Shown: piece by piece, positions 48,414 to 60,394 of the stretch
Layout: each line of letters opens with the position of its first letter
Position numbering within the stretch: position 1 is the stretch's first letter
Assembly: GCA_012842685.1 (NCBI GenBank)
Contig: DUSI01000047.1
Location: 2,059 to 66,058 of the forward strand
DNA: 64,000 bases
Direction: 5' to 3'
Origin: Candidatus Fermentithermobacillaceae bacterium
GTDB taxonomy: Bacteria > Bacillota > Sulfobacillia > Fermentithermobacillales > Fermentithermobacillaceae
Notes under the pieces: generated by a model
The model's input: the letters and a program-made list of their open reading frames with translations, nothing else
Told to the model about the DNA's origin: nothing
The model's database searches: none
Program-made: the position numbers and the translations under genes

Positions 48414-49595
48414 TTGAAGGAATTTGATCCGGCCAGTTACGAGGCAATAAAAGAGCTAGTTCAGAAGGGTCAGAAGAAGGGCTTTCTGACCTATACTGAG
48501 ATTGCCGACGCGCTCAGTCAGATGGACCTTACTCCTCAGCAGATTGACGATATCTACAAGCACTTCGAAGACATGGGGATAGAGGTCCTCAATGTGAAGC
48601 AAGGGCGGGACCTTGACGTCGATGAGAAGGCCGGCGGAGATGGCGATGACGAGCTGGGCGAGGCCCTTGGATCCGTAGCCCTCGACGCGGACGCGGAAGA
48701 GGACATGCCCGAGGGGATCCAAGTGGACGAGCCTACGGAAATAGACCTGAGCGTCCTGGAAGGGATCGCCCTGGATGACCCCGTCCGCATGTACCTCAAG
48801 GAGATAGGCCGGGTGCCTCTCCTCACCCCCGAGGAGGAGGTGGAGCTGGCCAAACGGATGGAGATGGGCGACAAGCAGGCAAAGGCCAGGCTCATAGAGG
48901 CCAACCTGCGTCTCGTCGTGTCCATCGCCAAGCGTTATGTTGGGCGCGGCATGCAGTTCCTAGATCTTATCCAGGAAGGCAACATGGGCCTTATCAAGGC
49001 CGTTGAGAAGTTTGAGCACCGGAGAGGATTCAAGCTTTCTACCTACGCCACCTGGTGGATCCGGCAGGCCATAACCAGGGCTATCGCCGACCAGGCGAGG
49101 ACCATCAGGATACCGGTGCACATGGTAGAGACGATAAACAAGCTCATCAGGACATCCCGCCAGCTTATACAGGAGCTGGGCCGGGAGCCCACGCCCGAGG
49201 AGATCGGCACCGAGATGGGTATCTCCGCCGACAAGGTCAGGGAGATCCTCAAGATCGCCCAGGAGCCCGTGTCCCTCGAGACTCCCATAGGCGAAGAGGA
49301 AGACAGCCACCTGGGAGATTTCATCGAAGACGAGGACGCGCCCGCTCCGGTCGACGCTGCTTCTTTCCTCCTCCTCAGGGAGCAGATAGAGAGCGTCCTC
49401 AAGACGCTCAACGAGCGGGAGCAGAAGGTCCTGAGGCTCAGATTCGGGCTTGACGACGGACGGGCCCGTACTCTGGAGGAGGTGGGCCGGGAGTTCGGCG
49501 TCACCCGGGAGAGGATAAGGCAGATCGAGGCCAAGGCCCTCAGGAAACTGAGGCATCCCCAGCGGAGCAAGAGGCTCAGAGATTACCTGGTGTAA
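48414..49595 (+). CDS. sigA: RNA polymerase primary sigma factor SigA (RpoD)
   Basis: Regions 1.1-4: ...[56 protein letters not shown].... TTG start at 48414 after GGAGGG. dnaG-sigA synteny. Confidence 0.93.
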   Translation: MKEFDPASYEAIKELVQKGQKKGFLTYTEIADALSQMDLTPQQIDDIYKHFEDMGIEVLNVKQGRDLDVDEKAGGDGDDELGEALGSVALDADAEEDMPEGIQVDEPTEIDLSVLEGIALDDPVRMYLKEIGRVPLLTPEEEVELAKRMEMGDKQAKARLIEANLRLVVSIAKRYVGRGMQFLDLIQEGNMGLIKAVEKFEHRRGFKLSTYATWWIRQAITRAIADQARTIRIPVHMVETINKLIRTSRQLIQELGREPTPEEIGTEMGISADKVREILKIAQEPVSLETPIGEEEDSHLGDFIEDEDAPAPVDAASFLLLREQIESVLKTLNEREQKVLRLRFGLDDGRARTLEEVGREFGVTRERIRQIEAKALRKLRHPQRSKRLRDYLV

Positions 49596-49611
49596 GCCTG
49601 GGCTGAGCGCG

Positions 49612-49640
49612 AAAAGCCCCCAAAGCGGGGCTTTTTTGTT
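49612..49640 (+). terminator. rho-independent terminator after sigA (AAGCCCC-AAAGC-GGGGCTT + TTTTTGTT)
   Basis: Hairpin plus T-run read directly from the sequence. Confidence 0.8.
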
Positions 49641-49661
49641 CGCTAATGATATAATGGGTGG

Positions 49662-50381
49662 GTGTACCATGCTTCGGGGGCGATCAAGACGAAAGCGCAG
49701 ACGGACACAAGGACGAATGAGGCACGGTTTACCTCGATTTTCTGGAGCTTTTTCAAGATAGGAGCATTCACCTTCGGCGGTGGGTGGGCCATGATCCCGC
49801 TCATAAGGCGCGAGCTGGTCGAGCGGAGAAGATGGCTCGAAGACGGTGAGTTTGTAGACCTCCTCGCCATCGCCCAGAGCGGACCCGGCCCCATAGCCGT
49901 AAACACGGCGACCGTCACGGGCTACAAGATCCGTGGAAAGGTAGGGGCCGTGGCTGCCGTCTTGGGAGCAGCCATGCCTTCCTTCCTGGTCATACTTGCC
50001 TTTGCCTCGGTGCTCGTGAGGTATAAGAACGCGCCGGCCATAGACGCTGTGTTCCGGGGGATGAGGCCGGCTATCCTCGGGCTGCTCGTGGCCGCCGTGT
50101 GGCAGGTCGGCAAGAACTCGGTAAAGAGGGCGACGGACCTCTGGTACGTTCTCGCGGGAGCCGTCCTATTGTTCGTGCTCCGGCAAGGGCCCGTGACGGC
50201 GGTCTTCACCGCGGGGCTCATGGGTGTCGTGGCCGGGTATATCGAGAGGCGAACGGCCGCGGTAAAGGCCAAAGGACAAGACTCTACGACTGAAGGCGGT
50301 TCGGCCTCAGCCCGTACCCAGGGCCAAAATCCCGCCGCAGTGAACCAGAAAAGCCTCGCCGGAGACCGGGACACGGATTAG
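49662..50381 (+). CDS. chrA: short-chain chromate-ion transporter (CHR family) half-protein 1
   Basis: ...FKIGAFTFGGGWAMIPLIRRELVERRRWL... is the CHR signature. Pairs with the next gene. Confidence 0.8.
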   Translation: MYHASGAIKTKAQTDTRTNEARFTSIFWSFFKIGAFTFGGGWAMIPLIRRELVERRRWLEDGEFVDLLAIAQSGPGPIAVNTATVTGYKIRGKVGAVAAVLGAAMPSFLVILAFASVLVRYKNAPAIDAVFRGMRPAILGLLVAAVWQVGKNSVKRATDLWYVLAGAVLLFVLRQGPVTAVFTAGLMGVVAGYIERRTAAVKAKGQDSTTEGGSASARTQGQNPAAVNQKSLAGDRDTD

Positions 50382-50407
50382 CCGGGCGGGATAAGGAGGA
50401 GACTCGA

Positions 50408-50926
50408 TTGCTTCTCAGGCTCTTTCTCACGTTTGCCAAAATCGGCGCTTTCAGTTTCGGCGGCGGGTACGCGATGATACCCCTGATTTCCCACGAGGTC
50501 GTGACCGCAAACGGGTGGATCACCATGGATGAGTTCATAGACGTGGTGGCCCTCTCCCAGGCAACGCCCGGCCCCATAGCCATAAACTCGGCTACTTATA
50601 TCGGGTACAAGGTGGCGGGGTTCTGGGGCTCCTTGGCCGCGACCGCGGGAGTCGTCACTCCTTCCTTCGCCATCATGCTCATCCTCGGTTTCCTCTTCTA
50701 CAAGTATCGCGACGTGGCTTTCGTGAAAGACATATTCAGGGGGATCCGCCCGGTGGTGGTCGTCCTCATCGTGTCGGCGGCGCTCTCTGTGGTGCCGTCG
50801 ACGCTCACAGGTGTCATCCCGGGCATCGTCGCGGCCGTTTCGGCGGCCCTGATCTTGGGCTTTAAGAAGGACCCGGTCTTGGTCCTCCTCGCCGCAGGTG
50901 CCCTGGGGCTCATCCTTTACCTGTGA
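50408..50926 (+). CDS. chrA: short-chain chromate-ion transporter (CHR family) half-protein 2
   Basis: ...FAKIGAFSFGGGYAMIPLISHEVV.... Tandem SCHR pair like YwrA/YwrB. Confidence 0.8.
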   Translation: MLLRLFLTFAKIGAFSFGGGYAMIPLISHEVVTANGWITMDEFIDVVALSQATPGPIAINSATYIGYKVAGFWGSLAATAGVVTPSFAIMLILGFLFYKYRDVAFVKDIFRGIRPVVVVLIVSAALSVVPSTLTGVIPGIVAAVSAALILGFKKDPVLVLLAAGALGLILYL

Positions 50927-51052
50927 CCGGTTCTCGCCAGAAGAGGCAAGATCTCCTTGGGGGTGGGCTTCCTTTCCACATAGGGATATAATGGGGGCGC
51001 GGCCTTTGTCCCTTTGGGCGTAGGCGGTACCACTACACAGGAGGTAGATTCA

Positions 51053-52057
51053 ATGCTACGGGTAGGGGTAAACGGTTTCGGAAGCATCGGACGGCGGTTC
51101 TTCAGAGCGGCAATGGCCAGGAAAGATTTTGAGGTAGTCGCCGTAAACGATCTCACGGACCCCGGTACTCTGGCGCACCTACTCAAGTACGATTCAAACT
51201 ACGGTACCCTTCCTGAGGAAGTGAGTCTTTGCGAAGGCGGCTTTACTGTGGGAGGCCGCATGGTGAAGGTTTTGTCCGAGAGAGAACCTGGAAAGCTCCC
51301 GTGGAAAGATCTGGGCGTGCAGGTAGTCCTCGAGTCCACGGGCAGGTTCACCGACGCCGAGAAAGCCTCGGCCCACATCGACCCTGCCGGCGCCCGCAAA
51401 GTGGTCATCTCGGCGCCCGCCAAGGGTGAGGATATCACCATCGTGATGGGCGTGAACCACGATTCCTACGACCCTGCCAAGCACAACATCATCTCCAACG
51501 CTTCCTGCACGACCAACGGTCTTGCGCCCGTCGCGAAAGTCCTGGACGAGAAGTTCGGCATCGAAGAAGGATTGATGACGACGGTGCATTCCTATACCAA
51601 CGACCAGGTTATCCTGGATTACCCGCACAAAGACCTCCGCAGGGCGCGTGCGGGAGCTCTCAACATAATCCCAACCACGACCGGGGCCGCAAAGGCAGTG
51701 AGCCTCGTGCTCCCGCAGCTCAAGGGGAAGTTCAACGGGGTGGCTTTCAGGGTTCCCACTCCCACCGTCTCCGTGGTCGACTTGACAGTCCGCCTCACCA
51801 GGGCGGCGACGGCCGAAGAGATCAACAAGGCTTTTGAGGAAGCAGCGAATGGGTCGCTTAAAGGCATCCTGGGTATAACCTACGCTCCTCTCGTATCCAG
51901 CGACTTCAAAGGCATTCGCGAATCCACGGTCGTAGACGGGCTTTCCACGATGGTTATCGGGAACCTCGCGAAGATCGTCGCGTGGTACGACAACGAGTGG
52001 GCCTACTGCGAGAGGCTGTGCGACCTGATTTCCCTGATAGCGTCAAAGGGCGTCTAG
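51053..52057 (+). CDS. gap: glyceraldehyde-3-phosphate dehydrogenase (type I)
   Basis: (M)LRVGVNGFGSIGRR...SNASCTTN.... ATG at 51053 with GGAGG RBS. The track ORF starts 13 codons upstream. Confidence 0.95.
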   Translation: MLRVGVNGFGSIGRRFFRAAMARKDFEVVAVNDLTDPGTLAHLLKYDSNYGTLPEEVSLCEGGFTVGGRMVKVLSEREPGKLPWKDLGVQVVLESTGRFTDAEKASAHIDPAGARKVVISAPAKGEDITIVMGVNHDSYDPAKHNIISNASCTTNGLAPVAKVLDEKFGIEEGLMTTVHSYTNDQVILDYPHKDLRRARAGALNIIPTTTGAAKAVSLVLPQLKGKFNGVAFRVPTPTVSVVDLTVRLTRAATAEEINKAFEEAANGSLKGILGITYAPLVSSDFKGIRESTVVDGLSTMVIGNLAKIVAWYDNEWAYCERLCDLISLIASKGV

Positions 52058-52084
52058 GGCCTTTGAAACGGAGGGTTCTAGACA

Positions 52085-53269
52085 GTGGCTAAGAAGACCA
52101 TAAGGGACGCTCAAGTTAGGGACAAGCGCTGTTTCGTGCGGGTGGACTTCAACGTACCCATGAAAAACGGCGCCATTACCGACGACTCCCGCATCAGGGC
52201 CGCCCTACCCACCATCGAATACCTCATATCCCATGGGGCAAAGGTCATCCTGGCTTCCCACCTCGGGAGACCCAAAGGTCAGGTAGTCCCGGAGCTCCGA
52301 ATGGATCCGGTGGCTCACCGTCTGAGCGAGCTCTTGGGGAAGAAGGTCGTGAAGCTCAACGATTGCGTGGGGCCTGAGGTCGTCGCCTATGTTAGCGGGA
52401 TGTCTCCCGGGTCGGTGGTCCTCCTGGAGAACGTGAGGTTCTACCCCGGCGAAGAAAAAAACGATCCCGGCCTGGCTAAGGCCATGGCGGACCTTGCTGA
52501 CATATTCGTAAACGACGCCTTTGGGACTGCCCACCGCGCCCATGCGTCTACAGCCGGGATCGCGGCGTACATACCTGCTTATGCTGGATTCTTGATGGAG
52601 AAAGAGATCGCGGCCCTCGGTAAGCTCCTTGAGGATCCCGAGCGGCCGTTTACCGCCCTCATAGGGGGCGCCAAGGTCTCCGACAAGCTGGCCGTGCTCA
52701 AGAACCTCTTGGACAAGGTAGACAACCTCTTGATAGGCGGTGGCATGGCCAACACATTCCTCATGGCCCAGGGCTACGGCGTGGGCAAGTCTCTTGCCGA
52801 GCCGTCCATGGTCGGAGAGGCCAGGGAGATCCTCGATAAGGCGGCGAAGAAGGGCTGCAAGCTCCTCCTTCCGGTGGACGTAGTAGTAGCCGCGGCTCCC
52901 GAGACGGGCGTGCCCGCGAAAGTAGTTCCCGCCAGCGAGATCCCCGAGGACATGATGGCGCTCGATATCGGACCCGAGACCCGGAAGGCGTTTTCGGCGG
53001 TCGTCGAGGGTTCCAAGACTGCCTTCTGGAACGGTCCGATGGGGGTGTTCGAGGTCGAAACCTTCAGGGGCGGGACTTTGGAGATGGCTGCGGCGCTCGC
53101 GGGCGTAGACGGATTCACGGTTGTAGGCGGGGGAGACTCCCTGTCCGCCGTGGAGATGTCGGGGCTTTCGGAGAAAATCAGCCATCTTTCGACCGGCGGT
53201 GGGGCTTCTCTCGAGTTCCTCGAAGGGAGAGAACTCCCCGGCGTGGCCGTGCTCCTGGACAAGGATTGA
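52085..53269 (+). CDS. pgk: phosphoglycerate kinase
   Basis: 394 aa, conserved PGK domains. Confidence 0.95.
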   Translation: MAKKTIRDAQVRDKRCFVRVDFNVPMKNGAITDDSRIRAALPTIEYLISHGAKVILASHLGRPKGQVVPELRMDPVAHRLSELLGKKVVKLNDCVGPEVVAYVSGMSPGSVVLLENVRFYPGEEKNDPGLAKAMADLADIFVNDAFGTAHRAHASTAGIAAYIPAYAGFLMEKEIAALGKLLEDPERPFTALIGGAKVSDKLAVLKNLLDKVDNLLIGGGMANTFLMAQGYGVGKSLAEPSMVGEAREILDKAAKKGCKLLLPVDVVVAAAPETGVPAKVVPASEIPEDMMALDIGPETRKAFSAVVEGSKTAFWNGPMGVFEVETFRGGTLEMAAALAGVDGFTVVGGGDSLSAVEMSGLSEKISHLSTGGGASLEFLEGRELPGVAVLLDKD

Positions 53270-53343
53270 CGCGGCTCAGGACGCCTCCGCGATGTCTCCA
53301 AAGGGCAGCGCGGAGGCATCTTAACGAACTGGGGGAATTTGAG

Positions 53344-54198
53344 TTGCGCGTTCCGCTTATCGCTGCGAACTGGAAGATGAACAAGACCGTGAGCGACACG
53401 GTATCTTTTGTGGGCGCTTTCATCCCAGAGATCCGGCCTCTCCTTGATGCGTGGGGCGAAACAAGGGGCGAGGGTCCCGCGTTGCCCGGCGGTGCTCTAG
53501 AAGAGGCTCGCGTACCTTGGCCCGAGATCCTGATCTGCCCTCCTTTCACGTCGCTCCCGGCCCTTTCCTCGCTGGTCGCGTCTTATCCCATACGCACGGG
53601 AGCCCAGGACGTGTTCTGGGAGACAAAAGGCGCTTTTACCGGCGAGATCTCTCCCACAATGCTGAAAGACCTGGGGTGCCGGTACGTCATCGTGGGCCAC
53701 TCTGAGAGGCGGCACATCATGGGCGAGACCGGCGAGATGGTCGCGAAGAAGGTGAGGGCGGCCCTGGACGCAGGGCTCAGGCCCATTCTCTGCGTTGGTG
53801 AGACGCTCGCCGAGCGGGAGAAGGGCGAGGCGCTCAAGGTGAATTCGGAGATGACTTCGGCGGGCCTTGCCAAGGTGAACAAAGAAGAGATCTCTCAGGT
53901 AGTAGTCGCCTATGAACCCGTCTGGGCCATAGGCACCGGCAAGGAGGCCCGGCCTGAAGACGCGGCGGAAGTGATCCGCGAGATCCGCGGGGCCATCGAT
54001 TCGTTGTTCGGAAGAGGCGCCTCAGAGGACGTGAGGGTGCTCTACGGCGGAAGCGTCAAGGCGGCCAATATCCGCTCGTTCATGAACAGGGAAGAGATTG
54101 ACGGCGCTCTCGTCGGTGGGGCCAGCCTTGATCCCCACGAGTTTGCCCGGCTTGTCTTCGAGGTCTCGAAAGCAAGGCCCGAAAAGCTAGGCGGCTAG
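53344..54198 (+). CDS. tpiA: triose-phosphate isomerase
   Basis: ...PLIAANWKMNKT...GHSERR...AYEPVWAIGTG.... TTG start at 53344 after GGGGGAA. The track ORF begins at 53266, overlapping the pgk stop. Confidence 0.9.
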   Translation: MRVPLIAANWKMNKTVSDTVSFVGAFIPEIRPLLDAWGETRGEGPALPGGALEEARVPWPEILICPPFTSLPALSSLVASYPIRTGAQDVFWETKGAFTGEISPTMLKDLGCRYVIVGHSERRHIMGETGEMVAKKVRAALDAGLRPILCVGETLAEREKGEALKVNSEMTSAGLAKVNKEEISQVVVAYEPVWAIGTGKEARPEDAAEVIREIRGAIDSLFGRGASEDVRVLYGGSVKAANIRSFMNREEIDGALVGGASLDPHEFARLVFEVSKARPEKLGG

Positions 54199-54207
54199 AG
54201 TGGAGGC

Positions 54208-55773
54208 ATGGATGTGACCATGAGAGAGCGACCCGTGGCCCTCATTATCCTGGATGGCTGGGGCCTCACGAGCAAAGAAGCATCTGCCGCGACGGCAGCT
54301 AGGACTCCGCGGTTTTCCGCTCTTCTCAAGGAATACCCGAGCACGGTCCTCGAGGCTTCGGGAGAGGCGGTGGGCCTCATGCCCGGGCAGATGGGAGACT
54401 CGAACGTGGGGCACCTGAACATAGGTGCCGGCCGCATCGTGTACCAGGACGTCATGAGGATCTCCCGGGACATCGAAAACGGTTCCTTTTTCAAAAACCC
54501 CGCTCTCCTAGGCGCCATGGAGCATGCGTGGGAGAGGTCTTCTGCCCTTCACCTCATGGGCCTGGTGTCCGACGGGGGAGTTCACAGCCTTGACACTCAC
54601 CTCTACGCGCTCCTCAGGATGGCGAAGGAAAACGGCGTGGGGAAGGTCTTTGTGCATGCGTTCCTGGACGGCAGAGATGTTCCGCCCCGTTCCGCGGCCG
54701 TCTACCTCGAGCGGCTGGAAAACAAGATGAATGAGCTCTCTACCGGCGCCATCGCCTCTTTGACGGGCAGGTACTGGGCCATGGACCGGGACAAGAGGTG
54801 GGACCGGGTCGAGCGGGCATACCGTCTCCTCACGAAAGGCGAAGGCCTGAGGGCGAGGACCTGGCGAGAGGCTCTCAAGGAGGCCTATGCCCGCGACGAA
54901 TCGGATGAGTTCGTGCAGCCTACCGCCATCGAGCTCCCGGGCGGGCCGGCCTGTATCCGTGACGGAGACGCCGTCATCTTCTTCAACTTCAGGGCGGACA
55001 GGGCCAGAGAGCTGACCTACGCGTTTAGTTACGATGAGTTCGAGTGGTTCGACAGGGGAAAACGCCCCGACGTTTATTACTGCACGATGATGAGGTACGA
55101 GGAGACCCTTGAGGTGCCTTACGCGTACCTGCCTCTCACCTTGGACAACACCTTGGGCGAAGTGGTATCTAAGGCGGGGCTCAAGCAGCTCAGGATAGCC
55201 GAGACCGAGAAGTACGCCCACGTGACTTTCTTCATAAACGGCAAGAAGGACGACCCGTTTCCGGGTGAGGACCGGGTGCTGATACCGTCCCCTAAGTCCG
55301 TGCCCACTTACGACCTGAAACCCGAGATGAGTGCCCCGGAGGTGACCGAGGAGGCCTTAAGGCGCATAGAGACCGACGAGTACGACCTCATCATCTTGAA
55401 TTTCGCGAACCCGGACATGGTTGGTCACACAGGAGTGTTTGAGGCCGCGGTCAAAGCCCTGGAGACCGTGGACGAATGCCTCGGGAAACTGGTGGACGCC
55501 ATACTGGCGAAGGGCGGAGTCGCCCTGGTTGTCGCGGACCACGGGAACATCGAAGATCTGGCGCCCGAGGGGGATGGAAAAGGAGCTTCCCAGACGGCGC
55601 CGTCCCACACGTACCATTCTATGAACCCCGTGCCGTGCATCCTGGTGGGCGAGAAGTACAAGAGGGCAAGACTCCGTCAGGGAGTGCTGGCGGACGTGGC
55701 CCCGACGGTCCTGCATCTCATGGGACTGCCCAAACCGCCCGAGATGGATCGGGACAGCCTTATCATTGCGTAA
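54208..55773 (+). CDS. gpmI: 2,3-bisphosphoglycerate-independent phosphoglycerate mutase
   Basis: ...PVALIILDGWG...; metalloenzyme and iPGM_N domains. The true start may be GTG at 54214 or ATG at 54220. Confidence 0.93.
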   Translation: MDVTMRERPVALIILDGWGLTSKEASAATAARTPRFSALLKEYPSTVLEASGEAVGLMPGQMGDSNVGHLNIGAGRIVYQDVMRISRDIENGSFFKNPALLGAMEHAWERSSALHLMGLVSDGGVHSLDTHLYALLRMAKENGVGKVFVHAFLDGRDVPPRSAAVYLERLENKMNELSTGAIASLTGRYWAMDRDKRWDRVERAYRLLTKGEGLRARTWREALKEAYARDESDEFVQPTAIELPGGPACIRDGDAVIFFNFRADRARELTYAFSYDEFEWFDRGKRPDVYYCTMMRYEETLEVPYAYLPLTLDNTLGEVVSKAGLKQLRIAETEKYAHVTFFINGKKDDPFPGEDRVLIPSPKSVPTYDLKPEMSAPEVTEEALRRIETDEYDLIILNFANPDMVGHTGVFEAAVKALETVDECLGKLVDAILAKGGVALVVADHGNIEDLAPEGDGKGASQTAPSHTYHSMNPVPCILVGEKYKRARLRQGVLADVAPTVLHLMGLPKPPEMDRDSLIIA

Positions 55774-55781
55774 TACCTTAG

Positions 55782-57083
<1,302 letters not shown>

Positions 57084-57160
57084 GATCTAGATCGCGGTAG
57101 ACTCAGGTCCTCTCGTGGTGCTAGAATTGGCAGTACGAGCGCGACCTGTGTTCGGAAAGG

Positions 57161-57397
57161 GTGAAAGATTTGGTTACCGTCCTTAGGGTCTTTCAGTGGC
57201 TCATCTCCATAGGGCTTATAGGCGTGGTGCTGCTCCAGCCGAGCAGGAACGCGGGGATGGGCGTTATGGGAGGCGGCTCCGAGAACTTCATGGGCCGCAG
57301 GAAGAAAGGCTGGGAAGACCTGCTCTCGAGGCTTACGGTCTATCTGGCCATAGCCTTCATGATCACCTCGATTTCCCTGGCAGTCTTGCGGAGGTAA
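57161..57397 (+). CDS. secG: preprotein translocase subunit SecG
   Basis: 78 aa, two TM helices; LLQPSRNAGMG... motif. eno-secG synteny. Confidence 0.85.
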   Translation: MKDLVTVLRVFQWLISIGLIGVVLLQPSRNAGMGVMGGGSENFMGRRKKGWEDLLSRLTVYLAIAFMITSISLAVLRR

Positions 57398-57430
57398 CGA
57401 GACGGGCTGTAGCCGCTCAAGTATGAATAG

Positions 57431-57463
57431 GACCTCGCCTCCCGCCTCACGGGCAGGCGGGGT
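57431..57463 (+). terminator. rho-independent terminator after secG (CCCGCC-TCACGGGCA-GGCGGG + GTTTGTTATT)
   Basis: Inverted repeat plus T-rich tail. Confidence 0.7.
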
Positions 57464-57509
57464 TTGTTATTCGTCCTGAAATGGCATCCTTTGCTTCGTT
57501 GGGGTAGAA

Positions 57510-58103
57510 TTGCGGCAAGCAGGCAGAAAAACATCCGGGGTGAGTGACTTGCTGAATCGCGATGAAATCGTGGCCGAAGTGCAGAAACGGATCAAGACGA
57601 AGAACCTCTTCAAGCACATTTTGGCAGTGGAAGCCGTCATGAGGCGCATTGCCCGGGAGCTTGGTGAGGACGAAGACAGATGGGGAGCCGCGGGGCTTCT
57701 TCATGACATCGACTATGAAGAGACAAAAGATGATCCTCACCACCACAGCATAGTATCCGGTCAGATAGCCGAAGAGCTCGGTTTCGACCCGGAGATAGTG
57801 GACGCGGTCAAGGCCCACAACGAAATCCACGGTTTCCCCAGGGATACGCTCATGGCCAAAGTCCTTTACTCGGCAGACCCGCTCACGGGGCTCATAGTCG
57901 CGGCGGCGCTCATATCGCCCGAGAAAAAGCTCTCCGCCATCGACGTGGATTTCGTCATAAACAGGATGAAAGAGAAATCCTTTGCAAGAGGGGCCAACCG
58001 TGATATCATCAGGGCTTGCTCCGATTTCGGCATGAGCCTCGAGCGCTTTATCGAGCTGGGTCTAGAGGCCATGCAGGGTATACACGAAGAGCTCGGGTTG
58101 TAA
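57510..58103 (+). CDS. HD-domain (HDIG-type) metal-dependent phosphohydrolase
   Basis: ...KHILAVEAVMRRIARELGEDEDRWGAAGLLHDIDYE... is an H...HD motif. The start may be a few codons downstream of the track start. Confidence 0.75.
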   Translation: MRQAGRKTSGVSDLLNRDEIVAEVQKRIKTKNLFKHILAVEAVMRRIARELGEDEDRWGAAGLLHDIDYEETKDDPHHHSIVSGQIAEELGFDPEIVDAVKAHNEIHGFPRDTLMAKVLYSADPLTGLIVAAALISPEKKLSAIDVDFVINRMKEKSFARGANRDIIRACSDFGMSLERFIELGLEAMQGIHEELGL

Positions 58104-58139
58104 GAAAGCGGCAGGCGGAGCAGAAAGGGGGCGTGGGGA

Positions 58140-58610
58140 GTGGCCAAATCGAGCGGCATCAAGATAATCGCCCAGAACAGGAGGGCCCGCCACGACTATT
58201 TCATCGAGGACGTCATCGAGGCCGGCATAGCCCTCATCGGGACCGAGGTGAAGTCCCTGAGGCAGGGCAGGGCCAGCCTGAGCGATGCCTACGCGGAGGT
58301 AGTCGGAGGAGAGGTTTTCCTCCGAAACGCCCACATTGCCCAGTACGAGCCCGCCTCCAGGTTCAACCACGATCCCCTGCGGCCGAGGAGGCTCCTCCTG
58401 CACAAGAGAGAGATCAGGAAACTCGCGGCGAAAGTGGCGGAAAGGGGGTACACCCTCATCCCTCTTTCCTTATATTTCAGGGATGGCAAAGCCAAGGTCG
58501 AACTGGCCCTGGCGAAGGGGCGGAAGAGCTACGATAAGCGCGAGGCCATCCGCGAACGGGATATCAGGCGGGATATGGACAGGAAACTCAGAGAACGGCG
58601 AGACGGGTAA
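58140..58610 (+). CDS. smpB: SsrA-binding protein SmpB
   Basis: ...IAQNRRARHDYFIEDVIEAGIALIGTEVKSLRQGRASLSDAYA... is the canonical SmpB. Confidence 0.93.
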   Translation: MAKSSGIKIIAQNRRARHDYFIEDVIEAGIALIGTEVKSLRQGRASLSDAYAEVVGGEVFLRNAHIAQYEPASRFNHDPLRPRRLLLHKREIRKLAAKVAERGYTLIPLSLYFRDGKAKVELALAKGRKSYDKREAIRERDIRRDMDRKLRERRDG

Positions 58611-58661
58611 AGGGTATCCGTAGGGGTATCCCGTCGCCTGAGCATATTGACTCGAAAGTCA

Positions 58662-58703
58662 GGGAGCCGCGGATATTACCTGCGGCTCCCTTGTCTTGTT
58701 CTT
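58662..58703. terminator. bidirectional terminator between smpB and the convergent lipoprotein gene (GGGAGCCGC-N11-GCGGCTCCC + TTGTCTTGTTCTT)
   Basis: Perfect 9 bp inverted repeat with a T-rich tract on the + strand. A small palindrome TGACTTTCGAGTCA lies on the other side. Confidence 0.65.
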
Positions 58704-58727
58704 CCAGGGCTTACTCCGCTATTCGCC

Positions 58728-60281
58728 CTACTCCAGGACCTTTTCGGTTACCATATTGAAGACCGTGACCTCGGTTTTGTCTTCGCTGAAGGTGTAGCTG
58801 GAAGCGATGAGGAGCCTATCCGTATAGGCGCTGATGCTCAGGTTGCCGGAAGCGTTGCCAAGCCGTACCGTTTCTTCCGGCCCAACAAGGTAGAGGCTGC
58901 TTTCTCCGTCCTGCCAGATAATCCCGACGACGCTGTCCAGATAGGCCGGCACCAGCCTGGCGCTATCCCACCATCCGTCGGCGACTTTGGCCGGTTCCGC
59001 GGAAGGCGAAACCTTCCAGATGGAGCCGTTGCCGGCTCCGGCGACGTTCAGGAGGGCGCCGGCTCCGTTGGGCAGGGATGCGACGGGGAAGACGTAGGCT
59101 ATGTCCTCGCCCATTTGTTCTTCGATAGCCTCAAGGCCGGCGATCCGGAGCGGCTCGCCGTCTTCCAGGCCGGCTATCCACACCGAATCGTATTCGGCCG
59201 AGATCACCTCGCCCCATCTTCCGAAGGTTACCGGACCCGACAGGAACAGTATGCCGCTTCCTCCATCTAGCCAGTAGAGCTGAGACAGGTACTGGCCCTC
59301 CAGGGTGAACCTCTTTAGGACTGTCCCATCGGGGGTCATAACCGTGATCTCTTGGCCCGAGGGGAACGGTCCGTCTTCCCCTGGGATGAAATCGTACCGG
59401 TAGACGCCGTTCGCCTGGGAGTTTTCCACGCGGTAGACCGTGTACATGGCGATATACTTCCCGTCGGGAGACCAGCTGGGGTAGAAGCTCAAGGATTCTC
59501 CGGTTTCCACAAGCGTTCTCTCTGTCCCGGTCGCCACGTCCACGACGTAGAGCCCGCTCTTTTCCTCTCCGTAAGTTGCGTAGACGATCTGGTCGCCTTT
59601 GGGCGATACGGCGACGGTCGAGAGGCCGTAGTAGGCGGGGAGGTTGTCCCGGATCACGCGGTGGCTCTTAGATTCGAGGTCGAATTCGACAAACTGCCAG
59701 CCTATCCGGATGTACACCTTGTCGCCCCCGGCGAAGATGGCGTCGTCTACCAGCTGCCCCTGTTCGGGTACGCCGAGATAGGAAACCAGGGTCGTGGTTC
59801 CGGCGCTTATGTCTCCCGTGTAGAGTGCCGTGCCTCTTTCGCCCTTATGGGGGCCCTGGTCCTGCCACCCGTGGACGGCGAACACGCACTCGGTTTCGGA
59901 GAGCCATCCGATGGGGACCCATTGCACGAGGTTGTGGCGGGTCCACGACTTGTCCGCCTCGTAGAGGGACACTGCGGCGGACATCGGGTCAGGGACATCG
60001 ATGGGGATCGCGACTACGCGGTCCGCTTCCTTCCCCTGTACCGCCGCCAGCAGGTACTTTCCGTCGGGCGATATGGAGCGGTCTTTGGACGTCGTAATGA
60101 GCTGTCCGTCTAGGGTGAACTTCACGATCTCAGCAGGTTCGAGGACCGTGACCGTCTTGGGCTCGCGTTCCTCCGGCCTCGCGCACCCTGACATAAAGGA
60201 TAGGATTGCGACGGCCAAGACGAGGAACCGGACTGCCCGGAGGATGGACCTGGACGAAAAAGAGAATAGCTTTTGGTTCAT
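58728..60281 (-). CDS. lipoprotein with TolB-like beta-propeller repeats (signal peptide + lipobox LSFMSGC)
   Basis: 517 aa. N-terminal MNQKLF...VLAVAILSFMSGCARP lipobox. Repeated ...SPDGKY.../...SWSPDGKYIA... WD40/TolB-like blades. ATG at 60281 with AAAGGTGG RBS. Confidence 0.7.
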   Translation of the reverse strand: MNQKLFSFSSRSILRAVRFLVLAVAILSFMSGCARPEEREPKTVTVLEPAEIVKFTLDGQLITTSKDRSISPDGKYLLAAVQGKEADRVVAIPIDVPDPMSAAVSLYEADKSWTRHNLVQWVPIGWLSETECVFAVHGWQDQGPHKGERGTALYTGDISAGTTTLVSYLGVPEQGQLVDDAIFAGGDKVYIRIGWQFVEFDLESKSHRVIRDNLPAYYGLSTVAVSPKGDQIVYATYGEEKSGLYVVDVATGTERTLVETGESLSFYPSWSPDGKYIAMYTVYRVENSQANGVYRYDFIPGEDGPFPSGQEITVMTPDGTVLKRFTLEGQYLSQLYWLDGGSGILFLSGPVTFGRWGEVISAEYDSVWIAGLEDGEPLRIAGLEAIEEQMGEDIAYVFPVASLPNGAGALLNVAGAGNGSIWKVSPSAEPAKVADGWWDSARLVPAYLDSVVGIIWQDGESSLYLVGPEETVRLGNASGNLSISAYTDRLLIASSYTFSEDKTEVTVFNMVTEKVLE

Positions 60282-60394
60282 TCAGTTAACCACCTTTCAC
60301 AAAGTAAGACGCCCAACGGGAAACCGGTGTTCCTGGGCGAGAGCCGTTATTGATGTTGTACACCGCTTACAAAACTGCTATCATAGAGCTCCAC

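Noticed and set aside
58622-58642. GGGTATCCgtagGGGTATCCC near-direct repeat after smpB
   Set aside because: A direct, not inverted, 8-mer repeat. Too short to interpret. The real terminator hairpin is 20 nt downstream.
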